DNA from: Octopus vulgaris
Lineage: Eukaryota
Assembly: GCA_951406725.2 (NCBI GenBank)
Contig: OX597815.1
Coordinates: 58,404,001 to 58,468,000, forward strand
Length of the DNA stretch: 64,000 nt
Direction: 5' to 3'
The notes under the pieces were generated by a model. That model did no database searches and was not told the origin of the DNA. It worked only from the letters and a program-made list of their open reading frames with translations. The position numbers and the translations under genes were made by a program. Positions within the stretch are counted from its first letter, which is position 1. Each line of letters begins with the position of its first letter. Shown here one piece after another: positions 38,541 through 49,399 of the stretch.

Positions 38541-38548
<8 letters not shown>
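37937..38548 (-). mobile_element. Retrozyme/Penelope-like non-autonomous element: 364-nt unit, terminal redundancy and inverted arm
   Basis: 37937-38004 repeated at 38301-38368; 37992-38175 inverted at 38366-38548; flanked by (TA)n; contains a hammerhead. Confidence 0.8.
38166..38210 (-). ncRNA. Minimal type-I hammerhead ribozyme motif (U4C variant)
   Basis: TCTAGG-CCGATGA-AGGA-CAATGA-TCCT-GAAA-C-ACGT-G-TC^CCTAGA: 6-bp stem I, 4-bp stem II, palindromic stem III, GUC triplet. Confidence 0.8.
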
Positions 38549-38574
<26 letters not shown>

Positions 38575-38732
38575 CAGAGTAACCACATAAATACGAGACA
38601 AGGTGGAAAAAATAGTACTCAAATACCAGAGGTAGAGTAATATGCTTTATTAAAAAGCAGCAAAAATATCACAAAAACTGTTACTCAGATTTTCACATTC
38701 CTGTCTGAAAGTTTTGTTTATAATCTAAACAA

Positions 38733-38774
38733 AATTGTCTGACGAATGGGAACGTGAAACTCTGAGTAACAGTT
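38733..38774 (+). ncRNA. Minimal type-I hammerhead ribozyme motif
   Basis: AATTGT-CTGACGA-ATG-GGAA-CGT-GAAA-CTCTGAG-TA^ACAGTT: canonical core, GUA triplet, stems with G-U pairs. Confidence 0.7.
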
Positions 38775-38814
38775 TTTGTGATATTTTTCTGTTTTTTAAT
38801 GAAGTGTATATACA

Positions 38815-39079
38815 CGGGCTGCGTGTTGTGTTCTTGAGCAAGACACTTTATTTCACGTTGCTCCAGTTCACTCAGCTGTAGAAATGAGTTGCGACGTCAC
38901 AGGTGCCAAGCTGTCGACCTTTGTCTTTCCCTTGGATAACACTGGTGGCGTGGAGAGGGGAGGCCGGTATGCATGGGCGACTACTGGTCTTCCATAAAAC
39001 AATCTTGCCCAGACTTGTGCCTCAGAGGGTAACTCTCTAGGTGCAAACCCATGGTCACTCATGACCGAAGGGGGTCACT
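38815..39079 (+). mobile_element. SINE (family C), 5'-truncated
   Basis: GTGTTGTGTTCTTGAGCAAGACACTTTA core and tail CCATGGTCACTCATGACCGAAGGGGGTC shared with 25961-26160. Confidence 0.7.
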
Positions 39080-39081
39080 CA

Positions 39082-39119
<38 letters not shown>

Positions 39120-39146
39120 TAGATAGACAGACAGACACATATAGAT

Positions 39147-39204
<58 letters not shown>

Positions 39205-39209
<5 letters not shown>

Positions 39210-39490
39210 CATCATCATCATCATCGTTTAGCGTACGCTTTCCATGCTAGCATGGGTTGGACGGGTCAACTGGGGTCTGTGAAGCTGGAAGGCTTCGTCA
39301 GGCCCAGTCAGATCTGGCAGTGTTTCTACGGCTGGATGCCCTTCCTAACGCCAACCACTCCGCGAGTGTAGTGGGTGTTTTTACGTGCCACCTGCACAGG
39401 TGCCAGACAGAGCTGGCGAACGGCCACGAACGGATGGTGCTTTTACGTGTCACCGGCACGGGGCCAGGCGATGCTGGCAACGGACACGAA
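39205..39490 (-). mobile_element. RTE 3' tail fragment
   Basis: (CAT)n-CGTTTAGCGTACGCTTTCCATGCTAGCATGGG tail. Confidence 0.8.
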
Positions 39491-39516
39491 CATATATATA
39501 TATATACATATACGTG

Positions 39517-39755
39517 TAGGAGTGGCTCTGTGGCAAGAAGCTTGCATCCCTACCATATGGTTCCAGTTTCAGTCCCACTGAGTGGAACCTTGGGCTAGTG
39601 TATTTTACTATAATCTTGTGCCAGTGGTTCAGCAAAAGTAACCAAGAGAATAAGTGCTAGGCTTACAAAGAATAAGTCCTGGGGTTGATTTGTTCGACTA
39701 AAGGCAGTGCTCCAGCATGGCCACAGTCAAATGACTCAAACAAATAAAAGAATAA
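39517..39755 (+). mobile_element. SINE family B, internally deleted
   Basis: Head and tail present, middle missing. Confidence 0.8.
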
Positions 39756-39770
39756 ATAAACACACACACA

Positions 39771-39810
<40 letters not shown>

Positions 39811-39828
39811 TATAAATACACATACATA

Positions 39829-40515
39829 TATTGGATCATCCCATAAATAATGCTTTTTTTTTCAATTGCATGAACTAAATGTTGGAGGGGTACTACCTGC
39901 ATCAACTTGATATAAAAGCAGGTAGTACTTTTACCTTAGTGCAAGTTTGGAAAAGTGCAGTTCGCTTTTAGTAGTTATTTTTTTCAAATCTATAATGGAA
40001 GTGACAAAGAAACATATTCAACATATTTTACTTTATGAGGTCAATAAAGGCAACAATGCAACAGAAAGTGCAAGAAATATTAATACAGTATATGGGGATC
40101 AGACAATAAGTGTAAGCCAGTGTCAACAGTGGTTCCAGAAATTCCAAGCCGGAAACTACAACCTAGAAGATGAGCTTTGTCCTGGAAGATCTATAGAGCT
40201 CGACAAGGACGTCCTGCAAACCCAGGTGGAACAAAATCCTATAGTAACTGTTGAGAAACTAGCAGAGAAGCTCGGATTTTGTCATTCAACCATTCATCAA
40301 CACCTGTATGCCATCGGAAAAGTCAGCAAATTGAGTCAATGGGTTCCTCACAAACTTTCCAAGTCTAATCGCATGTAGAGAGTGAATGTGTGCTCTTTTT
40401 TGCTGTCACGTCTCATGAATGATCTTTTGTTGACTGAATAGTGACTGATGATGAGAAATGGGTTCTCTATAAAAACCTCAAGTGCCGAAGACAGTGGGTA
40501 GGGAAAGGAGAAATC
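39829..40515 (+). mobile_element. mariner 5' half
   Basis: MEVTKKHIQHILLYE..KGNNATESARNINTVYG HTH region, WVPHKL, VTDDEKWV; 3' truncated. Confidence 0.88.
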
Positions 40516-40933
40516 TATGAATACCTTGTATAGTGGCATTTGTTCCTCTAAGCATTTTTCCTGAACCTGCCTCACAGAAAATATCATGTTCACTATTCCT
40601 TGCTCACTGAAGAATTAATGAACTTGTTGATACGACTTGTGTCTCCTAGAGCTCCTACCAACGAATTTTGAGCTAGGAATTGCATATGACATTTGCCACA
40701 AAATTTGTGCTTTGCTTGCTCATGGAAGATCAAAAGCAGTCACGACTGAATGTGTGTTGCAGATTTGAAAGAGATGAAGAAAAAAATGACAGAGGTGTTA
40801 AAAGGCTTCGGTTTGTAAGAATTCCAGCGCTGCTTCAACAGGAGAATACTTTGAATGCGGTAAGTGTAAACATGTAAAACTAAGTGAATAAAATAATATT
40901 ACAAAATTCCAGTTTTCTTTTGGGTATCCCCTC

Positions 40934-40976
<43 letters not shown>

Positions 40977-41059
40977 TAAATAAATGGACTGAAACAAGTA
41001 AAAGAGTAATGGAATATAGCAAAGAACAGCTCCCTTTCTTAGATATATATATAAAAACT

Positions 41060-41696
41060 CAACAACCAAATTGTAACCAACTGGTTGAGAATTAATTTGT
41101 TATAACTTGTTCAGGTTGTGGACCTGACTATACAGGACAGATAAGTTCTGTAGACAAAGAACCACACTACATAAGGAACATATCTGCTTCCCAAAGTATA
41201 GACAGATATCTTTGAGTGAACACATTGAAAGATGTGCAGGGTATCTCCAACCACATTTCACAGTTTTACCCCAGAAACAATTTCTGTACAAGAACCTTAA
41301 AGAAAATTTATTTATTGAAAAATACAGAACATGCCTAAATATGAATGCATAACCAGCTTTGGTCTCAGTATATATCTAAATTCATGATTACATATCCATC
41401 ACTGTACATATTTCATCTCACTATAAGTTTTTGTGTGTTTATCCCATCCCCAAAATAAGCAATTACTTCCCCTGTCCCGAGTAATAACTATCACCAATTA
41501 CCTCCCCTTAGATTTTTCTACTTGATTCACTCGCAAACTTTCATACAACATGGACTAAAATCTTCTTCAGAAAATAAGAAATTACAATAATTTTAATGTC
41601 ATGATTAGCAAAAGTGAAACTAGTCGACAACCACAATACTCTTTCATTTAAAATATATTAAAACTATGTAAACTGTATGCATTTTCCTCCTATTTG

Positions 41697-41700
<4 letters not shown>
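41060..41700 (+). mobile_element. Penelope-like element 3' end: GIY-YIG endonuclease remnant and tail
   Basis: FVITCSGCGPDYTGQ / RQRTTLHKEHICFPKYRQISLSEHIERCA; decayed hammerhead at 41597-41629; ends in (TA)n. Confidence 0.75.
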
Positions 41701-41727
<27 letters not shown>

Positions 41728-41854
41728 CACATTTATAAAAACATGTAACATACTAATAGATATCTGTAAAAATAAAACCATCCAGATTTCTGAGTACCTC
41801 ATTTCTTCTAATATATAATACCTGTACATCATCTCCAAACCTTCTAATATATAT

Positions 41855-43427
41855 ATCATCATCGTTTAACGTCTGCTTTCCATGCTAGCATGGGTTGGAC
41901 GATTTTGACTGAGGGCTGGCGAACCAGATGGCTGCACCAGGCTCCAATCTTGATCTGGCAGAGTTTCTACAGCTGGATGCCCTTCCTAATGCCAACCACT
42001 CCGAGAGTGTAGTGGGTGCTTTTTACATGCCATCTGCACAGAGGCCAGTCAGGCTGTACTAGCAATGACCTCACTTGAATCTTTTTACACATGCTACTGG
42101 CACAGGTGCCAGTAAGGCGACGCTGGTAACGATCACGCTCGCATTGTGCTCTTGGCACCCTACTAGCACGGGCACAAGTGCCAGTAAGGCAACGCTGGTA
42201 ACGATCACACTCTAATGCACCCCACTAGCATGGATGCCAGTCATCAAATTTGATTTTGATTTCACTTGCCTCAGCAGGTCTTCGCAAGCAGAGTTTAGTG
42301 TCCAAAGAAGGAAAAGGTATGCATAAGTGGGCTGGTTACGCTCCTGGCATAGGCCACGGGTTATGGTCTCATTTGGCTTGCCGGGTCTTCTCAAGCACAG
42401 CATATTTCCAAAAGTCTCGGTCACTAGTCATTTCCTTGGTGAGGCTTAAAGTTCGAAGGTCGTGCTTCACCACTTCATCTCAGGTCTTCCTGGGTCTACC
42501 TCTTCCACAGGTTCCCTCAACCACTAGGGTGTGGCATTTTTTCAAACAGCTATCCTCATCCATTCTCGCCACATGACCATACCAGCGCAGTCGTCTCTCT
42601 TGCACACCACATCTGATGCTTCTTACGTCCAACTTTTCTCTCAAGGTACTTACACTTTGTCAAGTATGCACACTGACATTACACATCCATCGGATCATAC
42701 TGGCGTCATTCCTTGCGAGCTTATGCATGTCCTCGACAGTCACGGCCCATGTTTCACTGCCATGTAGCATGGCTGTTCATACACAAGCATCATACAGTCT
42801 ACCTTTTACTCTGAGCGAGAGGGCCTTTGTCACCAGCAGAGGTAAGAGCTCTCTGAACTTTGCCCAAGCTATTCTTATTCTAGCAGCTACACTTTCAGCG
42901 CACCCTCCTCCGTTACTGACTTTGTCACCTAGGTAATGGAAGCTATCAACTACTTCTAGTTTTTGTCCCTGGAAAGTGGCAGAAGTTGTTCTCTGCCCAT
43001 TTTCAGTGTTTATTGCTGCCGAGCATCTGCCACATACAAAAACTATCTTCCCAGTTAGCCTTCCTTTGATATTACTGCACCTCTTATGTGTACATAGCTT
43101 ACACTGGGTACATCTTATAGAGTTTCTACCTACGCCTCTACTACAGATTGGGCAGGGCCATCTACCTGAAGGGATTTGTGGTTTGCCTGCCTTCCTACTT
43201 ATTAGGACTTTGGTTTTAGCTAGGTTGATTCTAAGGCCCTTCGATTCTAATCCTTGTTTCCACACTTGAAACTTCTCTAGTTCTGATAGTGACTCAGCAT
43301 TTAGAGCAAGGTCATCAGCAAAGAGGAGCTCCCAGGGGCATTCTGTCTTGAATTCCTCCGTTATTGCCTGGAGGATTATGATAAATAGGAGGGGGCTGAG
43401 GACTGAACCTTGGTGGACCCCTACCTC

Positions 43428-43429
<2 letters not shown>
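41855..43429 (-). mobile_element. 5'-truncated RTE LINE
   Basis: VGVHQGSVLSPLLF, LLFADDL, Cys-rich insert, (CAT)n tail. Confidence 0.92.
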
Positions 43430-43491
<62 letters not shown>

Positions 43492-43495
<4 letters not shown>

Positions 43496-46240
43496 CTGAA
43501 GTATTTGGTAATTTCCAGAAAAGCGGAGCTTTTCCCTCAGTTCCATTCTCATAATTGTTTTGCTAATCCAATAACAACAATACAAAGTATGTAGTGCTTA
43601 AAATGGTTTTGGTGTATCTACAAAGAATACCGAACTGTCTTACATAGGATCTTGTTTTTAAGAAATCCCAATAAGTTATGAATACCCAAATCGTGAAGTC
43701 AGTTATGTAATAACATGAAATTAGTTACCTGATAGTAAGAATTCAAATAAAGTAGCCTCTAAAAGGGCTTTAATGTATTCCAAGTGTATACAGAACTTAC
43801 GAGGAAATACCAATAAGGTATGTATATACCAAAATCGTGAAGCATGTTATGCAATAACAGGCTAATCCGATATGAAATAGCAACAATTCAAAATAAATAA
43901 CTCTGAAAAGGACTTTTTGTGTTCCCAGAGAATATAACCCTTAGGGGTGCTAGCACTGAAATAGATTTACAATGAATGTAGAAACAGACTGAGATTTAAT
44001 TTTTACAGTAGACATACAAATAAATTTGCATATAGATTTTAAAATAAAATAACATGTCAATTATCAATACATTTACAACACTTACAAATACTACAGTTGA
44101 ATAATAAATACCTGATGATTTGGTGAATCTTATTAAGTTTGCAGAGCTTCTTGATAAACAACATTTTTGGTCTTTCCTTGTGGGACATAAATAAACAAAT
44201 GATTAGGATTGTCGACTCTTAAACATCTCACATAAAGTTGACCATGGGAGAAAACTGGTTCCACAAGGTTCAGACCTACCACATTCAAGGACTGCCCCTG
44301 GGCCTTGTTAATGCACATTGCAAAGCTCAGTTTCAATGGGAATTGCAGGCACTTGGACTGGAAAGGCATATCTGAGGGAATAAGTGGAATTCCATGAATG
44401 AATACAGGCTCACTGCTTGTTTTACCAGTCAAAATTGTTGTCTTCAAGACTGTTAGCATCATCTTCTTTATCATAAGTCATGTGCCATTGCAAAGCTTTG
44501 GTGGATTGAGGTTTCGAAGCAGCATAACTGGTACCCCAATCTTGAGGTGCAAGTTGTAAGGTGGAAGGCCAGGTGGAGAATTCAACTGGACAATTCACAG
44601 CTTCATCGATGTTGACTACACTGTCAATAGAATTGTAGATGTGATGCTCACCTGGCAACTGTTCCAGAAGTCTGATGTTCATATCATCAACTGCCACATT
44701 CTTTGGAGCTAAAATGTTATGGGTTTTCAGCCAGTTGTGGCATGTAAGCTGATTCCTCAGGTTAGAAAACACCTTATTCATTAGTTCCTTTAAATCAGAT
44801 ACCATATCCGGTTTACCCAGCCATCTTTCTCGCCAACCGAAGTGCCATTACCGACATCTAACAGTTGCTTTGAAAATGTTCTGTCTGCATCACTACCACT
44901 GAGCTGCAGTCTCATGGTTGTGAGTCTCAGCTTTTGCACACTGCTCCATAGGTAGGATGACTTTATGCTGGCATTTATCTCATCAGTCTTGTCTTCTCTG
45001 GAACCACGAGAAAGGTTTGTTTAATGTCTCCTGCAAGCAAGACTGTGGAACCTCCCATGAGCCTGGTGTTGCGTCTCAGATCCAGAAGGGCCATGTCAAG
45101 AGCTTCAAAGGAAACTTTATGGCTCATTGTTACCTCATCCCAGATGATCAACCTGCATTTACCCAGAAGTCTGCCTTTTATAGAATTACGACTGATGTTG
45201 CAGTTTGTCATCTCTTTCTCTGACAGGTCCAAAGGGAGTTTAAAACTAGAATGTGCTGTGCAGCCACCACTTAGCAGAGTTGCAGCTATTCCACTTGATG
45301 CTACTACTATGGTAATGTGTTTCATAATGTGTTTCATTTGGTGCAGTTTAACCAGAAGAAGGTTGATGATAAATGTCTTGCCAGTTCCACCTGGAGCATG
45401 AAGTAAGAAAAAAACCTCCTCTTTCACTTTCAATGCACAAAATAATGGTCTTATAAACACCCAGCTGGTCCTCCATCAGTAATACCTCATTGTAAATGGA
45501 GTTATTGAACGTGGCAATTTCCACTGAGGTTTGCCTTTGAGTCCTTTATGGGACGTCCTCTGCCCTGCTGGTTTTGTGGGTCACCCAAAGCTTGAGAGGT
45601 TCACCCAAGCCACATGTCATCAATATGACAGAAAATAGCTGGTGCAGTTGACTTGGTGCTCTGCTGACTTCTCCTCCAGTGTCTGGTCCCAGTGAGTATC
45701 GTCCTCCAGTAGTCCATGTTTGGTGCAGGCTTCTCTGAAGGTTATGCAGACTTCCCCATTGTGTCTTCGAGGGTCTGACAGTGTGCAGCAGTAGACACAG
45801 AAAGCACTCCTGCTGATTAGGGTGCACTGTGCACATACGCTTGATGGCCCCACTTCTGAAAACAGTATGTTCTTCCTAGTGCTCAACGCATGCTCCTTGC
45901 TTGCGTTGTTTCCATCTATTGTGTGCCCAGGTATAGGACATGGGAACCTGAACATACAACAGTGTTCGAGCAAACAGATTGCATTGGCATAATTTGAAAA
46001 AAGCTGACAAAGTGGTTTCTGGTAGGTTCAGAACTATGCTTCGAGCATTGTCTTCTGCGAAATATACATGCTGGCCATTTTCAAGATTCACCAATGTTGG
46101 ATACCGCTTGTGGATTTCAAAGCTCTTGTTAGAGGAAATATACCTGCCCAGCTTATATATTTAATACATTTTTATAGAGTTGCATGACTCAAAATTAACA
46201 TGGGCCTGCAATGTTTTAGATAGCAATGGATTGTAGGGCA
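43492..46240 (-). mobile_element. Decayed Helitron (Rep/PIF1 helicase)
   Basis: APGGTGKTF, ASSGIAATLL.G..TAHS.FKLP, IIWDE, QFPLKLSFAMCINKAQGQSL, FSHGQLYV; 3' CTAG|T at 43492. Confidence 0.92.
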
Positions 46241-46406
46241 CACAATCATTTGGGGGAATAAAAAAAAGTCACAGGGAACAAGATCAGATGAATAGGGAGG
46301 GTGGTTAAGCAGGCTCATGCCATTTTTGGTCAAAATCTCTCATTCTTCCATGAGCAAGTGAGGATCAAATTTTACTGCAACTTTTTTTCATTTGTAATTC
46401 CTTGCG

Positions 46407-49320
46407 GGAACTAGGCTACTGGAATTCTGTGATGCATGTAACCTTCTAATCTGCAACACTAACTTCAGGAAGCCAGACAGCCACCTGATAACCTATCAAT
46501 CAGGGGAATCTGCTAGCCAGATTGATTTCATCCTCACCAGACAGCGGGACGCAGGGTTGCTCTTAAATACAAAGACCCTCCAGGTGAAGAATGTACCCAC
46601 TAGCCTTGAGGCCAGAAGGATACCTAGAAGCAAACCAATCCAAAAAAGAAGGATTTGGAAGCTAAAAACCCCTTCACATGGTCAGAGATTTAGGGACATC
46701 CTCATCAAGAAATTTGATGAGGGGGAGGAGCTACAGACATCGGACATAGAAGGTAGCTGGAAATACCTACGGGACAGCTTACTGAGTACCACAGACCAAG
46801 TCTGTGGCTGGTGCAAAGTCCCTTCCAGACCTAGAGTTATGTGGTGGTGGAATAGTACGGTAGACAAAGTTGTTAGGGCAAAGAAACAGGCCTGGAAAGC
46901 CTGGAAGGATGGGGGTAGCAGGGAACGGTACCAGGTAGCCAGAAGGGAGGCTGGATGGCAGGTATACATAGCCAAGAGCGAAGTGGAAAAGAAGAAGTTT
47001 GCCAATGTCCAGAACGTGAGGACCAAAGAACTGAGGTATTTTGGATTGCAAGACAGTGTGTGAGAGAAAATTGTGATGTCACAGGAGAGAAATGTGTTCG
47101 AATGGATAATGGGGCACTTGCTTTTTAGTGATTCTTAAAAGAAAGAGGCTTGGAGAAGCCACTATGAAAGACTGCTGAATGTGGAGGAGAGCCTGCCAAA
47201 TGTTGACCCAGTAGAAGGACCAGCTATCCATATAGATAGGCAATTATGGGTATGAAGCTAGGAAAAGCCCCCGGCCCATCAGGAATCACTGCTGAGATGT
47301 TTAAAATATCTGGTGGTGTGGGCTACAGCCTAGTCACACGCATTGTAAACCAGGTAATTCACAATGGAGTCATACCTAATGACTGGCGTAGCAGCACCAT
47401 AGTCAAATGCTACAAGGGTAAAGGTGATGCTCTAGATAGAAATAACCACAGGGGTATCAAACAGCTGGATCAGGTAATGAAGGTCATGGAGAGGGTCATA
47501 GCCCAACTAATTAGGGAGAGAGTTAGCCTAGATGTGATGCAGTTTGGTTTTGTGCCAGGCAGAAGCACCACTGATGCCATATTCATGGTTCGACAACTGC
47601 AGGAGAAATACCTAGCCAAAGATAAACTCCTATACTTAGCTTTTGTGGACTTGGAGAAAGCCTTTGACAGGGTCCCCCGATCCCTTATCAAGTGGGTGAT
47701 GCAGAAACTGGAGATTGACGAATGGTTAATAAGGTGCTGTATAGGCCCTTTACAGAGAGGCTGTTAGTAAGGTTAGGATTGGCAATGAGTACAGTGAAGT
47801 ATTCCGGGTAGAAGTTGGCATCCACCAAGGGTCAGCCCTCAATCCCCTTCTATTCATCAAAGTCCTCCAGGCAATAACAGAGGAATTTAAGACGGGTTGT
47901 CCCTGGGAGCTCTTCTATGCTGATGACCTAGCCCACGTAGCAGAATCACTACCGAAACTAGAGAAGAAATTTCGTGTGTGGAAGCTAGGTTTAGAATCAA
48001 AAGGCCTTAGAGTCAATGTAGCAAAGACCAAAGTTCTAGTAAGTAGGAAGGCAAACTCAGCACACACCCATTCAGGTAGGTGGCCCTGCTCGATCTGTAG
48101 AAAAGGTGTAGGTAGAAACTCCATAAGATATACCCAGTGTAAACTTTGGACACATAAGAAGTGCAGCAATATCAAAGGAAAATTAACCGAGAAGATAGCT
48201 TTCATGTGCGGCAGATGCACAGGGGCAATAGACACCTCTGATACTCAGAAAACAGATTCCATTACACTCCTTGGGGAGAAACTAGAAGTAGTTGATAGTT
48301 TCTGCTACCTAGGTGACCAAGTTAGTAGTAGGGGTGGATACTCAGAGAGTGTTACCACTAGAATAAGAATAGCCTGGGCAAAGTTTAGGAAGCTTCTTCC
48401 CCTACTGGCGACAAAGGGTCTCTCGCTCAGAGTGAAAGGTAGATTGTATGACGCATGTGTGCGAACTGCCATGCTTCACGGCAGTGAAACATGGGCTGTG
48501 ACTGCGGAGGACATGCTTAGGCTTGAAAGAAATGAAGCTAGCATGATCCGCTGGATGTGTAATGTCAGTGTCCATGCACGACAGAGTGTAAGCACCCTGA
48601 GAGAAATGTTGGGCATAAGAAGCATCGGATGCAGCGTGCAGGAGAGACGATTGCGTTGGTATGGTCATGTACTATGGATGGATGAGGAGAGATGTGTGAA
48701 AAAGTGCCACTCCCAAACTGTTGAAGGAATCCGGAGTAGAGGTAGACCCAGGAAGACATGGGACGAGGTGGTCAAGCATGACCTTCATACTTTGAGCCTC
48801 ATGGAGGCTATGACGAAAGACCAAGACCTCTGGAGATATGCTGTGACTTTGAAGACCCGACAAATGAAGTGAGTTCATGGCTCGCAGGACGGCCTGCTGT
48901 GCTAACCTTAGATTGTAGAGTGACCTGCTGTTCTTGAAGAGACCTATTGAGTCAAGTACATCAACATCAAAATAAAAATCAAATAGAAATTGTAGTTGAG
49001 ACACCCATGCCGGTGTTACGTAAAAAGCACTGTCTAAACATGGCAGATGCCAGCGCCGCCTGACTGGCATCCGTGTCGGTGACATGTAAAAGCACCAACT
49101 GATCGTGGCCATTTGCCAGCCTGCCCTGGCCCCTGTGCCGGTGGCACGTAAAAAACACTCACTACACTCACAGATTGGTTGGCGTTAGGAAGGGCATCCA
49201 GCTGTAGAAACACTGCCAAATCAGACTGGAGCCTGGTACAGCCTCCATGGCTCACCAGACCCCGGTCGAACTGTCCAACCCATGCTAGCATGGAAAATGG
49301 ACATTAAATGATGATGATGA
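46407..49320 (+). mobile_element. RTE LINE, 5'-truncated, relatively young
   Basis: GKAPGPSGI, QFGFVPGRSTTDAIF, AFVDLEKAFDRVP, YADD, long open C-terminal ORF 47976-48872, (GAT)n tail. Confidence 0.95.
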
Positions 49321-49399
49321 TATAAGACTACTTTCATGCTCTTTTTACCCCTCTATTTACTAGCTCTTAAACTAGATGCTGCATGAGAGCGAAGAAATT

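Noticed and set aside
42108-42212. Short direct repeats GTGCCAGTAAGGC.ACGCTGGTAACGATCAC resembling a repeat-spacer array
   Set aside because: Only two units inside an RTE 3'UTR in eukaryotic DNA; not CRISPR.
47976-48872. 298-aa ORF as a host or domesticated gene
   Set aside because: It is the C-terminal part of an RTE ORF whose upstream part is frameshifted, followed by the LINE 3'UTR and tail.
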